Shown: in pieces, positions 30,301 through 39,100 of the stretch
Layout: every line of letters begins with the position of its first letter
Position numbering within the stretch: the first letter of the stretch is position 1
Virus record (IMG/VR): IMGVR_UViG_3300034120_003123
DNA: 49,048 bases
DNA from: an uncultured virus (IMG/VR IMGVR_UViG_3300034120_003123)
Taxonomy: Duplodnaviria > Heunggongvirae > Uroviricota > Caudoviricetes
Strand: one strand, 5' to 3'
The notes under the pieces: model-generated
The model's database searches: none
What the model was told of the DNA's origin: nothing
The model's input: only the letters and a program-made list of their open reading frames with translations
Translations under genes and position numbers: made by a program

Positions 30301-31210
30301 TTTTGGCAAGCTCATCAAATGTATTCAAAACAGCAAACTTGGGTTTATTGTAAATTTTACATGCAGAGTTAACAACAGAAATGGCGGAAGAAACATAGCC
30401 ATCATTACAGTTTTTATAAGCCGGTTCAAGCCTAGTAGATTCACTATACAAAGAACCATCAGAAGTAAACAGAGAACCAACTAAAGGCTGAGAAAAGCAT
30501 GGAGCGTCAAATGGCTCCGTAGATACTGAAAATGCAGCTATAGGGTCTGGATCTAATATTACACAGCTTGGTCTATTAGGATCGTTAGTAGCTGCAAGTG
30601 CATACATATTTTCAGGCACAAACTCAAAGTATGATTTTTCTATTGTTTGCTTTGTTTCATTATCAATTAAACTACAAGAATACTTACGAACAAATTTTTG
30701 AGAAAAAGTTTTGTAATCTACTACATTGATAGCATTAACGTGCAAAGACCCAACTCCACGAGAATTAGTAGTAATAGTAAAACTATTTTTGCCAATAATT
30801 ACATCATATTTATGATTAGGTAGTCCATTTATACGAGCATTAATTTTATCTTCGTGACTAACATATAATGGGTCAATAATAAGATGTTTGTTTTCTAAAA
30901 CTTCATCTTCTTTTACAACAGCAGTAGCAACATGAGAAGCGTTCCAGCCATCAAGATCCCACTCATATATTTGACAGTATAAGAATTTGTCTTCATCTCT
31001 TAATATTTTATAAGAAAAAGATATTTCAGACAAATTTTCTATTTGAGATACACTATGTGAAGATAGAAAAATTGAATCATTTATATTATCAAAATTTAAA
31101 TTAGAAAAATCAAGTCTATATTTTTTGCTAGAATCTAGATTCAAAAGAACAGCATTTATAGTCTTAGACTTAGAATCAAATTTGTTTATTTTTATTACTG
31201 GTGATAACAT
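21350..31210 (-). CDS. Giant mosaic virion/adhesin protein (3286 aa) with BNR-like blades, three FecR/PEP-CTERM-associated beta domains, a choice-of-anchor-C-like domain and RCC1-like repeats
   Basis: RCC1/BLIP-II repeats VSVGWTHGCAIKKDGSVTCWGDDTYGQ and VKAGKYFTVGLKENGEISVWGRDNHGQ; BNR-like NPSAASDSEGNIHLAWETDR and NPSISTDSSGKRVVVWES; C-terminal Ig-like WVLSKGDGVKRVCIEV. Confidence 0.8.
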   Translation of the reverse strand: MLSPVIKINKFDSKSKTINAVLLNLDSSKKYRLDFSNLNFDNINDSIFLSSHSVSQIENLSEISFSYKILRDEDKFLYCQIYEWDLDGWNASHVATAVVKEDEVLENKHLIIDPLYVSHEDKINARINGLPNHKYDVIIGKNSFTITTNSRGVGSLHVNAINVVDYKTFSQKFVRKYSCSLIDNETKQTIEKSYFEFVPENMYALAATNDPNRPSCVILDPDPIAAFSVSTEPFDAPCFSQPLVGSLFTSDGSLYSESTRLEPAYKNCNDGYVSSAISVVNSACKIYNKPKFAVLNTFDELAKSRIDSLYSSGESQLPNSVFIHRNIGFVYSSCDENASDINNPIDPCSFASQEIKKIPRIFLGCTTGSNKIKVHSLARGVIKAPPAYFHSVLIGKQGEDDIELQDGDVVNIVFDLSNGSRISKSLEYSESNHGSIEAFVEALSSEISSDSNIVDADISVRQYPNLKRIDFTSNTKFIIFAGQVNFIDPNTGDYKKNDKILVIRDSKYTFDFEITNPSDYDDILNVLNSGGTHMVFLDGQFKGLVVSVNKTSQSGVITLDTCPRVSKERRGLGSFIVAEDTYCVHVAFISKDGLIQESDSTAITALPFLKNEFNEVVPSSHPCITSNGHVFCQGLVSGKWQIFGYFPGLTDSSWIQLTNNGENRNPSAASDSEGNIHLAWETDRLGYTSIQYGCIGPSAKLINRLALSGLISKQLSDELVSKIFNVSPLGDSLNFVESESVNINLLPELQLRSLRSGAEIGGGSFKIIREFTGNIRLDEDQFNQLILVPLSFNKFGSIRWADGIPPIFNNGTYCTSYIVHFQQNGTGSGETVTNNFSARFNGKILRVFLGPSQMTRSNKVFASDEIIYPVVSGDQSPSFIENLNIVSGSVEISGDGKTLIFSINYKDALNIGPMQLRVLVEGVKSQSSVDQSNWNRIFSNNGKISIVENSQVCIEASPKYDCAVAALSVYENEAGVSFDGQEKEINLSIHADCSIGPPENEYVEPIGNASEAIFDNYLSLIERLSNPFNVFNDSIIWLKEFSGEPGFSQGKQFASNYRDTNNNLIVSFENQSNRYFNGFTNNDHVTSFTLSFYLQSSDINLTKEIAFGKEILAFYISRNDLENTDTTLGKGSANRANLMEDGAVKVVVNSARNKLVFQIPSNSFVDFTVRVVVASQDFSNPFIIKDAKEVDSLFVKFVDQFVKQNDSSYSFDGNRFSIAKTDKRYDSLIPMLGTLRFDDLNINPNAVSANFTNLSTIQSSIEDVDTFSCSDIVSIGTYELVDQFNIDGSNSHIGHCYVGIIPERVSFIAKNNETLDEYSSRRGSVSGYREAIISDIYTGVAKVCIIINGASSAGKNTSFAKGTVFAISDYANIDISNNFALQLDVSYLRLGKNDKDLINKWSHVSSEAFYQSSEYKLNYHLMCNVFINNKPVISHNAQIDLSDKNRQWEVCFGTPFGLYPVCRNGDSSFLDFISSTKWELNYDHIRIGNPKVSINNSISEISSYVYSLPAISKPVPNSDSSTKNEIFSESLIDPGDWVCLEDSSLLIDQWSAENGGCVYVGTYAKSANGFKSVLLESSVVYSQNIVNLSYRLYPQIKTRRGRVSTGQGGGVSQTAGTLYPNDSHKIYMTTGVRQVPENLPKITKSLFVQCDSEVFTHRHDVISGSFNNSLSSLNYKTFRSEFIPNSSNFDINIRNVSDSLSSCFSHFYISYNSTSWISGFTGPLNHTNGSTYGDSIFYINQDGTLNLYRGYNLSGNVSSEDIVLNPDDPLQVIAVDSSLHFDTSTNQNDSAIAVTHDGYLTTFTSDGSETDIPSFMYQSNLPSDNNYVNVSVGWTHGCAIKKDGSVTCWGDDTYGQVSGQPANTKFVQVKAGKYFTVGLKENGEISVWGRDNHGQISNKPSGKFVKIDTSADHAVAIGFDGYPVSWGKNVGSMYSVSVRITDPQTKFIDIAACGGDVYNLDTYSSSSPGASVLTSTNPFNVGIDVDGNIVAWGPYSTAFTPTGREGSHAVPTVPCVAVKRGIKNALCLGVDGKIYSYGISYTPSDPSIADAPSNVSSIYKTDIDFISGGVFVSNIDIYPIANLVEEDVDVDNFRLYGMTSNNEFLASYGLPYLTSLSGVPLVWKNNDLQKSPFCIVDKFDKFSVVWEDNGRGPWGISLTSNIWLNRFCTDKVYLSDRSYSGINPSISTDSSGKRVVVWESVKDDNHLIECASHILHPDYVSECDVDKIVVSSRSLGVDIDPYDPYNVEKSLMSCKVEVSFTAPEFGNYFFTVKFKDYNNDNIIYKMASSRSESGKWFINGLNIPYNGQVIAQGETVVLSYVPDANDDVFNKVLKVEIDYSIENEQEEIFITYKANSITDGRGIGWWDAPSRPYPIEIKSPPPIDFLNEFLIFDEFSGNSPIALSEQRSSYFESIGSAKDVNFIFPTGVSSLPGFSAGEYVKSFLLVLGDDGLTSNNVVEGTLTFSSPIVAVIIDSSNLKSTDIYFNDSSRPINVQRKNIVSNFQFYQGEYIKLSEDRKSLTVRFRQPRRASWPSVPGSSSSKKPGAVIANVETIVSDVIVSAKELPASLVSDSGSLVLSDADAFGTVSPLASALGASERPFGSLRIVVSNSGSAVGQISTTYFCAQPIFNSCKINMSYTNQSTEVKNVHFKVSVFADADYKDSLLVFSSSSDPRMWSSGNDVYPSAGIGAAPNASVSVNFTPPIIDVENFQVPVDRSSVNEQTRIAGYGNYYNLSRSSLICGVKYYVILEAIVDGNYSEISRGSILCQCQNELAYKEDSFDWRSPLNGSKNTRIALSPYYIGHPYIYGGKDGLFAIVWEDSRNSESTYGVINRNIQKSDIYCGFFDLNKDVIESSYHGGVDRLLINTSSSSDTAITDHRMPAIVADHFGNFSLFANIGYNKIIKRYFSVGQKITPTIVEESAVTKACSFTLTDISSYATAFDGGEFMQARVSERFVKSYRTIAASSPAPVVNDCFVDLEIIGIPGAMAFRIKNESESEFTDWIPIGLPIQPLDSMGKIISEDVAKFRDAFKGKWIANDIFVAPWVLSKGDGVKRVCIEVLTQFGKTQQFCLDIIAEYASISYIVEVYYAESGETDKLFKPIRYKGVPVVNRKTWYKASENNQTAVTLSLEDLRSINLDESTEVDLYVQVTFEDPQRIARLNALNQISSYSSRRKDSGMMKAYLYQQGSRVHESSLSAVANSDGVYFAIFKINKNNGVTDKDGLGFIFIDVPSECLNPFVKSFVNTLRLLSDPNLDLSYAEPINNNAFIEKYINNDKRNAFGTRRLF

Positions 31211-31211
31211 C

Positions 31212-32363
31212 TTACATTTTCAATACATTTAAAAAAGATTTACCAATATTCTTATGATTAAATTTTATAGAATATTCATTAGATATTTTACGAGCAGATT
31301 CCTTAATGTTAGGCAAATTACCTATACATAAATACAAGGCATCAAGTACGGAATCCTTGTCATATACGGGCCATACTAAATTATCAAATTGAGGCAACCC
31401 ATCCATTTTACCAAGCCGTTTTGCAAAACCTTTAGATTTAACTTCTACATAACAGTTTTTATTAAAAAATTCACAATAACCTCCATAATTCGGACAAACT
31501 ACAGCCAAACCTGCCATGCAAGCCTGTAAAGCTGGCAAACCAAAACCTTCACCATAAGAAGCACTTAATAGGATGTCGTGACCACACACTAGTCTTGCCA
31601 TACTGTACTCGTCTAGTATTCTACCATCAACAATTATGTTTTTGCCAAATAAGCTTATTTTACCATATTCATTAAGCCATTTTTTGACATCGGAAATTGC
31701 GTTTCCACTTTTATCCACTTTTAAAGTCCAAGAAACATGAGGATGAGATTGGATTAATGACAAAATAGCCATAAACATATTTTTCCAATTTTTCCTCTCC
31801 CTCCATGTACCTATCGTAATTATCTTAATACACTCTGCAGAATCAGATCTTGGAGTGACGGTTTCATAGTTCCATATGCTAGTATCAACTGCGTGATGCA
31901 CTAGATGAACATTATTGAGGCCGCATGAGACAAGAGAATCATAATTAAATTTAGAAGGTACAACTACAGATTTACATTTTTTAAGATCTTCAAGCCATAA
32001 AGAAGGTATGGATGGATTTTCAAATACAAATAAAGCAACCTTGTCTTTTTTAAGTTTTATGTTTTTCCATCTAGGAGGAATCGCATGTAAAATTTGGATA
32101 CTGTTTGACAAACTATTTTTATTAAGAAGATTAGTAAGCCAAAAAATTTCTTCTTTAGAAAAACCAGTTCCAATCATTCTTCCGTGAACGCATTTCAAAA
32201 ATACATTGATTCCAGCAGACTCTAAAGACTTAATATTGTCAATAGCAGCTTGAGTATAGCCGGTCGGAGCCAAAAAACAATGATAGTCAACACCATTATG
32301 TACTAATGATGATACTGTCTTCTCCAGACTCTCTTGCGTGATTGATGATGCTAAATTGTCCAT
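31212..32363 (-). CDS. GT-B fold family 4 glycosyltransferase (start uncertain: ATG 32363 or TTG 32399)
   Basis: GT4 signatures: N-terminal TGYTQAA, VVVPSKFN, HHAVDTS, IGTWRERKNW, SYGEGFGLPALQACMAGLAVVCPNYGGYCEF. Confidence 0.9.
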   Translation of the reverse strand: MDNLASSITQESLEKTVSSLVHNGVDYHCFLAPTGYTQAAIDNIKSLESAGINVFLKCVHGRMIGTGFSKEEIFWLTNLLNKNSLSNSIQILHAIPPRWKNIKLKKDKVALFVFENPSIPSLWLEDLKKCKSVVVPSKFNYDSLVSCGLNNVHLVHHAVDTSIWNYETVTPRSDSAECIKIITIGTWRERKNWKNMFMAILSLIQSHPHVSWTLKVDKSGNAISDVKKWLNEYGKISLFGKNIIVDGRILDEYSMARLVCGHDILLSASYGEGFGLPALQACMAGLAVVCPNYGGYCEFFNKNCYVEVKSKGFAKRLGKMDGLPQFDNLVWPVYDKDSVLDALYLCIGNLPNIKESARKISNEYSIKFNHKNIGKSFLNVLKM

Positions 32364-35300
32364 TCGATAGATTAAAGCTAATATTGCCGAACCCGTCAAT
32401 TTTTATCGTCCTACCAGAATTTTGTATAATAGAAGATTCTGCAACTAATATTTCATTATTAGATGTCATAGAACAATCACTTACATAAAGCCCATCTGGG
32501 CTTTCATAATTGAAAGATACAGCACTATCATCAGGATTTATTTTTATAACCTGACCTCTATAAGATTTTAACAAATTAAATGCCTGTGCACGGAAGCCGT
32601 CGTCATTTGGAGGATTGGTGTCAAACTGTAAATCTGCTGGCAACTTCTTGATACCTCCCATTAATATATTACCATCATCTAATTTGTATACACTTCCCAA
32701 AGTAAAATCGCTAAAAGTAAATGAATCAACTTTGCCAAATGAAAAATCTACTTGACCATCTAGAGTATTCATCCTAATAACCGAAGGCAGATCTGGAGCC
32801 TGTTCAGAACCTTCTGCGGTAGCCTGATTGATAACATGTATTCTTTTTTCTATCCTGTATGGAGAACCCTCCACAGGAATGTATGTGTTTGTAATGGTAT
32901 CCAAAACTCTTACAGATACTCTAAATATAAAATTAAAATCCAAACCAGCCATGGTACTATTAGGTCTTACCTTAACCTTAGCACTTAAGTTACTTTGAGT
33001 AACAACTTCAATTGTACCGTCAAAATCAACATTATCTCCATTTAGTATTATAACTGGTTCGTAAGTTTCATTGTTACTGGAAGAAGCAGCCTGATCGTTT
33101 AAAAATGTTACACGAACATTTGAACCAAGATCATTTGGAACTTCAGCAATTATAAAAAATTCTTCTTCAACACTAACCGGAATAAAAAATTCATCTATAT
33201 CTTCTCTCAAACCTGCTCTTATTCTGTCAAAACTAATAAGGCTATTAGCAATAATCCAATTAGTATCATCATATGCGATGGCCGAAATAGGATGAAAAAC
33301 TTGTTTTGTGTAAGTAAATTTTTGTTTTGTTAAACGAAGACCACTTATGCCATAAGAAATAGAAAAGATTTCAGAATCAGAGTTAAACTTTTCTTTTTTG
33401 ATTACTGCAGGAGTAAGCTTAATGAATATAGGAGTGTTTGTATCTTTAAGAATTTGAGTCTTCTGCAAAGACAATCGCACTTGTATGCAATTTTTGGGAG
33501 CATTATCATCAACATTGACATCTACATCTCCTAATGTTATCTGAGTTTGACCTATTACTATAGTTATATATTGAATACTAATGTCTGATCTATTCTCTAT
33601 ATCTTTATCAAAAACAATTTGCAACAATCTATTGTCAGAGTTGAAGTTGGCACAAAGAGGTATAAAATCCCCTTGCAATCCGTTTTCTGTTATATAAGCA
33701 CCGCCGTAGCCTTTAACAAGCTGTCCTTCTCTATTTATTTCCATAACTCTATTGTTGTAAGTGTCACAAATAAGATAGTTACGATTTTCCATTCTGAAAA
33801 CGCTACTAGCCTGATCGAGACCAACGGCAGGATTACCAGCAGTAGAAGACATGATTTGTTGAGGACTTTGAAGCAAATTGGCTCCATTAAATCCGAATAC
33901 GCTTATATTTGATTCTGCTGGTGAAACATTTGGCAATGCATTCTTTATCTGCTGTATATAATTATTTGAAGAGTATATAATATGTTTAGTCTCTAATGGA
34001 CTTCTAATTCTAATCCCGTAATCTGCATCCCCAGACTCTGAGAATATTTCAACATTTGCACGAGTACCTTGTTGCCATTCAGAAAGCGCATTTACCTCTA
34101 TTCTTCTCTCTCCACCCTGTATCAGAAGAATTAAAGACAAATTGTTTAGTTTCGGAGATGCACTTTTTTCTGTATTTGTACGTAGAATAAATTCAACTTC
34201 TACAGCGTTGCATGGTACCGAAATTTGATCATTAGAAGATATAGGAGAAGAAAAAGTTGCATTCAATAATTCCACTATATTACTTCCAGTTCTAAATCTG
34301 CATTGAACAGATGTACTATCAAGCTCTTCAACATCAAAAGAAATAGCTTCTAATATTACTTGAGTTGGAGCTAAATATCTATATCTAACAGATCCAGAAT
34401 CAACATATGAAACATCTGTGGTAGATACAGAAGAAGTCTTAATATCATCAACATAAAAAGCAAACTCTGTTGTGGCATCAGCAACTTCAAAAACTAAGTC
34501 AGTTATATTATTCTTAGTATAGTCTGTAATATCAATTTCTATTATTTTAAAATTAGATAATGCTGCGTTAGAAGTAACTTCATCTTCTGCCAAAAGCTGT
34601 ATCTTTTCACTTTCAGTAACAGTATTGTCTGCATTAGCATTTACTAAATAAAAGAAAACAGGCGGATGTGGAGACTGAGAGCATTTAACTGACAAGAACA
34701 GTCTATTGAATCCAGTCCAATTTTTTTGATTTGTAACCTGTCTTTTATATACAGATTTATCTTTTTTGCCAGATGTAAATCTTGCGGAAAAAAGACCGCT
34801 GACTACATTATAAACATCACTTCGTACAGCTATTTTACTATCCACAGATACAGCTTGAGCAGTTGTCCCAGGAAATGGCCTATCTGCTCCGTTAGCATTT
34901 TCAAAACTATCTTTGAACTGCACAGTTGAAGAAGATATCGTACTGTTTAAATACACAAAAGTATCAGCAATAGAGCAGTTATTTATAAATGAATAAGATT
35001 CCAATGCTTCCATATTATTATAATATATAGAAACCTGTCTGCCACCACCACTTCTTCTGCCAGATATACAGCCCTCATTGAGATTGATATTTACGCTACT
35101 ATTAGAAAAATCTATTGCAGAATTAGAAGCAAGTCCTGGTATAAATGTAATCATATTGACAGATCCATCCAGTTCAGACGGATACTTTCTTTTAAACATT
35201 AAAGAATGCTTCATCATGTTAACTGATGATATTTCTCCAAGTAATTGCCTATTTACGTTCTGTAGACTTCTAGCCAAAGTCTCTAAGCCAGCGTGACTTA

Positions 35301-35961
35301 CTATACCTTTATTCTTCAGATTATTATGGTTAAGTTGAGGAATTCTTTCTCTTTTAAAAGTTCCGTATTGAACTTTACTAGCGTCTAAAGAATCAATTCT
35401 TGCGCCAGGAAGAGTATTCTTTACTTCTCTTAGTAAATCAATCTTTGAAACAGTTCCGTTATGTCTGTGTTTACTAACTTCATTTTCAATAATTCTTCTG
35501 AAAGAAATTTCATGTCTATAAGAATAATCTATTTTTGATATATCACCATTAAACATCTCTATTCTTGCCAATCTAATTCCATTTGTATCAGTCCCAGACC
35601 TATTATAATAAATTACTAAATCTTTATCTCCAGATGCAGTTGCAAATATATCAGCAAATATATAACATTCGCCGTTAGCAGGCAAATTCTCTAAAGCTCT
35701 TGTCTCTATGCTTTCAAAACTTTTATTTCTACAAAATATTATTCCAGGTTCTATAGACAAAGATTTAATGCCAGAAGTATTTTGAGAACGGGATACTCTG
35801 AAACCTTTAACGATACCATTTCCAAATACACTATAAAGGCCAAACAGCTGGTCATCTATAGTTAAAAAACGATCACGTTCTAACTTAACGGAAACAGACG
35901 TATCAAGCCTGTCCTTAAAGTCAAAATAGCCTAACCCAAAATGTCTTGTTTTTCCAGCCAT
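32296..35961 (-). CDS. Tail fibre-like protein (1221 aa): N-terminal attachment domain with HRH motif, CBM-like jelly roll, NHL-like propeller
   Basis: N-terminus MAGKTRHFGLGYF...GNGIVKGFRV...IRLARIEM...KHRH, paralogous to the <1..5016 gene; CBM-like NWTGFNRLFLSVK...FYVDDIK; NHL-like RNYLICDTYNNRVMEINREGQLV. Confidence 0.75.
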   Translation of the reverse strand: MAGKTRHFGLGYFDFKDRLDTSVSVKLERDRFLTIDDQLFGLYSVFGNGIVKGFRVSRSQNTSGIKSLSIEPGIIFCRNKSFESIETRALENLPANGECYIFADIFATASGDKDLVIYYNRSGTDTNGIRLARIEMFNGDISKIDYSYRHEISFRRIIENEVSKHRHNGTVSKIDLLREVKNTLPGARIDSLDASKVQYGTFKRERIPQLNHNNLKNKGIVSHAGLETLARSLQNVNRQLLGEISSVNMMKHSLMFKRKYPSELDGSVNMITFIPGLASNSAIDFSNSSVNINLNEGCISGRRSGGGRQVSIYYNNMEALESYSFINNCSIADTFVYLNSTISSSTVQFKDSFENANGADRPFPGTTAQAVSVDSKIAVRSDVYNVVSGLFSARFTSGKKDKSVYKRQVTNQKNWTGFNRLFLSVKCSQSPHPPVFFYLVNANADNTVTESEKIQLLAEDEVTSNAALSNFKIIEIDITDYTKNNITDLVFEVADATTEFAFYVDDIKTSSVSTTDVSYVDSGSVRYRYLAPTQVILEAISFDVEELDSTSVQCRFRTGSNIVELLNATFSSPISSNDQISVPCNAVEVEFILRTNTEKSASPKLNNLSLILLIQGGERRIEVNALSEWQQGTRANVEIFSESGDADYGIRIRSPLETKHIIYSSNNYIQQIKNALPNVSPAESNISVFGFNGANLLQSPQQIMSSTAGNPAVGLDQASSVFRMENRNYLICDTYNNRVMEINREGQLVKGYGGAYITENGLQGDFIPLCANFNSDNRLLQIVFDKDIENRSDISIQYITIVIGQTQITLGDVDVNVDDNAPKNCIQVRLSLQKTQILKDTNTPIFIKLTPAVIKKEKFNSDSEIFSISYGISGLRLTKQKFTYTKQVFHPISAIAYDDTNWIIANSLISFDRIRAGLREDIDEFFIPVSVEEEFFIIAEVPNDLGSNVRVTFLNDQAASSSNNETYEPVIILNGDNVDFDGTIEVVTQSNLSAKVKVRPNSTMAGLDFNFIFRVSVRVLDTITNTYIPVEGSPYRIEKRIHVINQATAEGSEQAPDLPSVIRMNTLDGQVDFSFGKVDSFTFSDFTLGSVYKLDDGNILMGGIKKLPADLQFDTNPPNDDGFRAQAFNLLKSYRGQVIKINPDDSAVSFNYESPDGLYVSDCSMTSNNEILVAESSIIQNSGRTIKIDGFGNISFNLSNGQFSIINHARESGEDSIIIST

Positions 35962-36176
35962 TATGCCCCTACAATCCCGCTTTTAATTCCAACTCTTCCA
36001 TAAGACTGCTCTTCGCTTGTAGATACGTCAGTCAAACTTCTAGCTCCGCCATATAAACCGCCTTCAAAAACATTTTGCTGATGGTATAACTTTGTATAAT
36101 TTTCATTTATTTTTTTATCAATTAATGCATTAATATTATCTGCAAGTTGCTTACCAAGAGTAGGTATATTTTCCAT
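35961..36176 (-). CDS. Small hypothetical tail-tip protein (71 aa)
   Basis: Fills the gap between the 1302-aa and 1221-aa genes exactly, with TAATATG and TAATG junctions. Confidence 0.7.
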   Translation of the reverse strand: MENIPTLGKQLADNINALIDKKINENYTKLYHQQNVFEGGLYGGARSLTDVSTSEEQSYGRVGIKSGIVGA

Positions 36177-36177
36177 A

Positions 36178-39100
36178 TTATGTTCCTCCGCCTCCTGTTC
36201 CTAAAGTCAAAGTGGTTCCCGTAAACTTGATCTTTTCTCCTGGCAAGAAATATCTGCCAGAAACGCTTGAAACCCAAGAATTATCTCTAGGAGATATTGT
36301 ATTACTCACATTTGTTAATAAAAGCCTGTAAGCTCCAGAAATACCAGGACCATCTATTAATATTATTTGACCAGCTTGCAAGCCAACCCTTCCTAAAATT
36401 GAAAAATTAGCTACTACAGGAGCATTAAACATAGTGGTATATCTTTCAACTTGCTTGCGAACAGCTTCTCCAGACCCAAAATAACCACTTTTTTGCAAAA
36501 ACATTTTTCTAAATCCTATAAATCCAGGAAGCCCTATGTCAGACAAAGATGCTCTATTCATATGAGCTGCTGTCACCAATGAGCCGTTAGGAGTAGAAGA
36601 TACAACTCTTATTTCGTTAACTATATCTTCTACTTTTCTTTGAAAATTATACGTATCCGTAATAACGTTCCACCATGGCACAAGATCCTGGTCTGGACTA
36701 CTGTAAGTATGAGAAAATATATGAGACGGAGGCGCTTGATATATTTCTCGTGATGGATCTGTGCTAGTTATCTGCATTATTTCCATTTCGTCTGATGGAA
36801 TATCAAAATGCATAACTCCACGACGATCAAAATATAAAAATTTACCAGATATTGTAGCAAATTTTTTCAATATATCAGCATAATAATCTCCAGTATTTGG
36901 CTTCAATATTGGCTGATCCATTGTGCCATAACTGCCAGGCAATACATAATCATTAGCTAAACAAACGTCTCCATCATAAGGAATTTCATAATAGTCACTA
37001 TCAGAAGGAGTAGAAACATATTTATGTATCAAATACGCCGGATCTCTACTACTACGCTCATAAAAGAATCCTGCCCTTTGCATTACATCAAAGACAGCGT
37101 CATAATCTCTCATTGCATCGTAAAATGGAGCATTTAACCATGTCATGCTAGAAAGTATACTCCAGTAATCTTCAAGCTTACAGCTCATCTCTATATGAGT
37201 ATCTTTAATTGAATAAGAGCTACTTCTACAAAACCCAGTAAATAATAAAGTATTATCTTCATCCGGTATTCCATTTTCATGAGTAGCATAGAATGCATTT
37301 TCTACTACAGAAGGACCATTATTTGTATTTTGCGCATTTAAGCCAGCTCCAAAAGTATTTACTTTGTAAGGATCTCTCCATGCGCGCACTTCAACATAAA
37401 AATATTTATCTTGAAGACTAGCCAACAGGGGTGTCTGATCCCCCTGAAACTCTCCAAACCTAGATATGCCATCAACATCTATTCTATCAGCTTTTCTTGC
37501 CCCGTCTAATAAAGAGCCTTTTTCTGTTTGCACAGAAGTAATGTTTTCTATCAAAGGCAAAGCATCTGCCTTATTCAAATAAAACTTTATGTTTCCACTA
37601 TGTTGCATAAAAGATCTATCTGATCTGTCCCAAGAATCACTAAACTCCATGACGTTAACTGTTACGTCTGCTGCCACGCCCTTCCACTGAGGCTTTATAC
37701 CTTCAGGCACAAATACACTAAACCCATCGCAGATAGGACGAGTAGCTCCCTCAAGCAACCATAAAGATCCATTACTCCCTTTAAAGGTAATAGATCCAGA
37801 TTTTAAAGTTATTGAAGGGTGCACTCTATTAACAAATTCTTTTTTGTCTGTAAGTCTATAAGATGCGGCAATAGAGCTTGGATCTGAATATTCCCCTAAA
37901 TAAAATGGCCAATTTTTATCATTGTATAAAGAAGGACCAGTAATGCACATTTTTTGATTGGCTGAAAATAAATCTGAATTAATATTTACCAGAGATCCAC
38001 CAATTACCTCAGAAATCTGACTACTGCAATGTGTATAGTAAGGCTTTGACTGACCAGGGACAATTTTACCGTTTTCATTTTTAATGAAATATTTATTCAT
38101 AAGATCAGAAAAAGAATTTCTACCGCTCCCCTCTTCATATCCCCCAGAAGAACGAAGCAGTATATTGACAGCAGAATCATTACCTTCCAAATTAGATATA
38201 CCGACTGGATATGATATATTCAAACTTGTAGTACTAGGATAAGTGATAGGAGAAAAGTTAAATGCGGCTCTTATGTGACCCATATGAACAATAAGATTGC
38301 CTGATAATTTAATTGGAAATTTTTCACTGCTTAACTTATCTTTTAGTGCTGGATGATCTAAGAAAGTACCATTATTTTTAAATGGGTTTTTGTCATCAAG
38401 AAAGTTGTAAAGCAATATATTTTCTTTTAATCCATAAATGTCTTTAGTAAAACGCTGTCTAGAAACTGTAAAAGATTGCGTTGTTCCAGATTCAAATGTT
38501 ACCCTAAGTAAACCACGAAAATGTTGAAAATGTATTGAAAAATTTTCTTGATTCAATAAACTTGAGCCACTTATTCCAAAATCAAACAACAATCGAGAAT
38601 GACGCATGCCAGAAAAATCTAAAAATTTAGCTAAATTCTGGTCATTATCAACTACATCACATATTTCTGCATCTGCAGTAATTTCAATCATTATTACAGT
38701 ACCACGTTCTGGTATAATTAAAAAATATCTATTCTCCACACCGCCATCAATCTCTATCGCAACATAGCTTTGATCTGCTAAGTAGTAATCTTTTGCATTT
38801 TTACTAACTATTCTATTGACATTAAACTTGCCATTTTTGTTTTGAATAAATGTAGGTCTGCAAACTCCAAAATTAGGAGTCAAAGTTCCGTTGTCCTCAT
38901 TGTCAGCAGATGTACAACCCGAATCAATATATTTATAACTCTCCTGCATTGCATATCTAACCTCATCATTTGGAGATTCAATAATTGCTTTTGAGTGACT
39001 TTGTGCAGTCTTATGAAATCGAAAAGTAAAATCTTCACCTGGGAATATAGGGTTTGCTTTATAAAAACTAGCATGCACCCCAGGAGGCAAGCCTACATAT

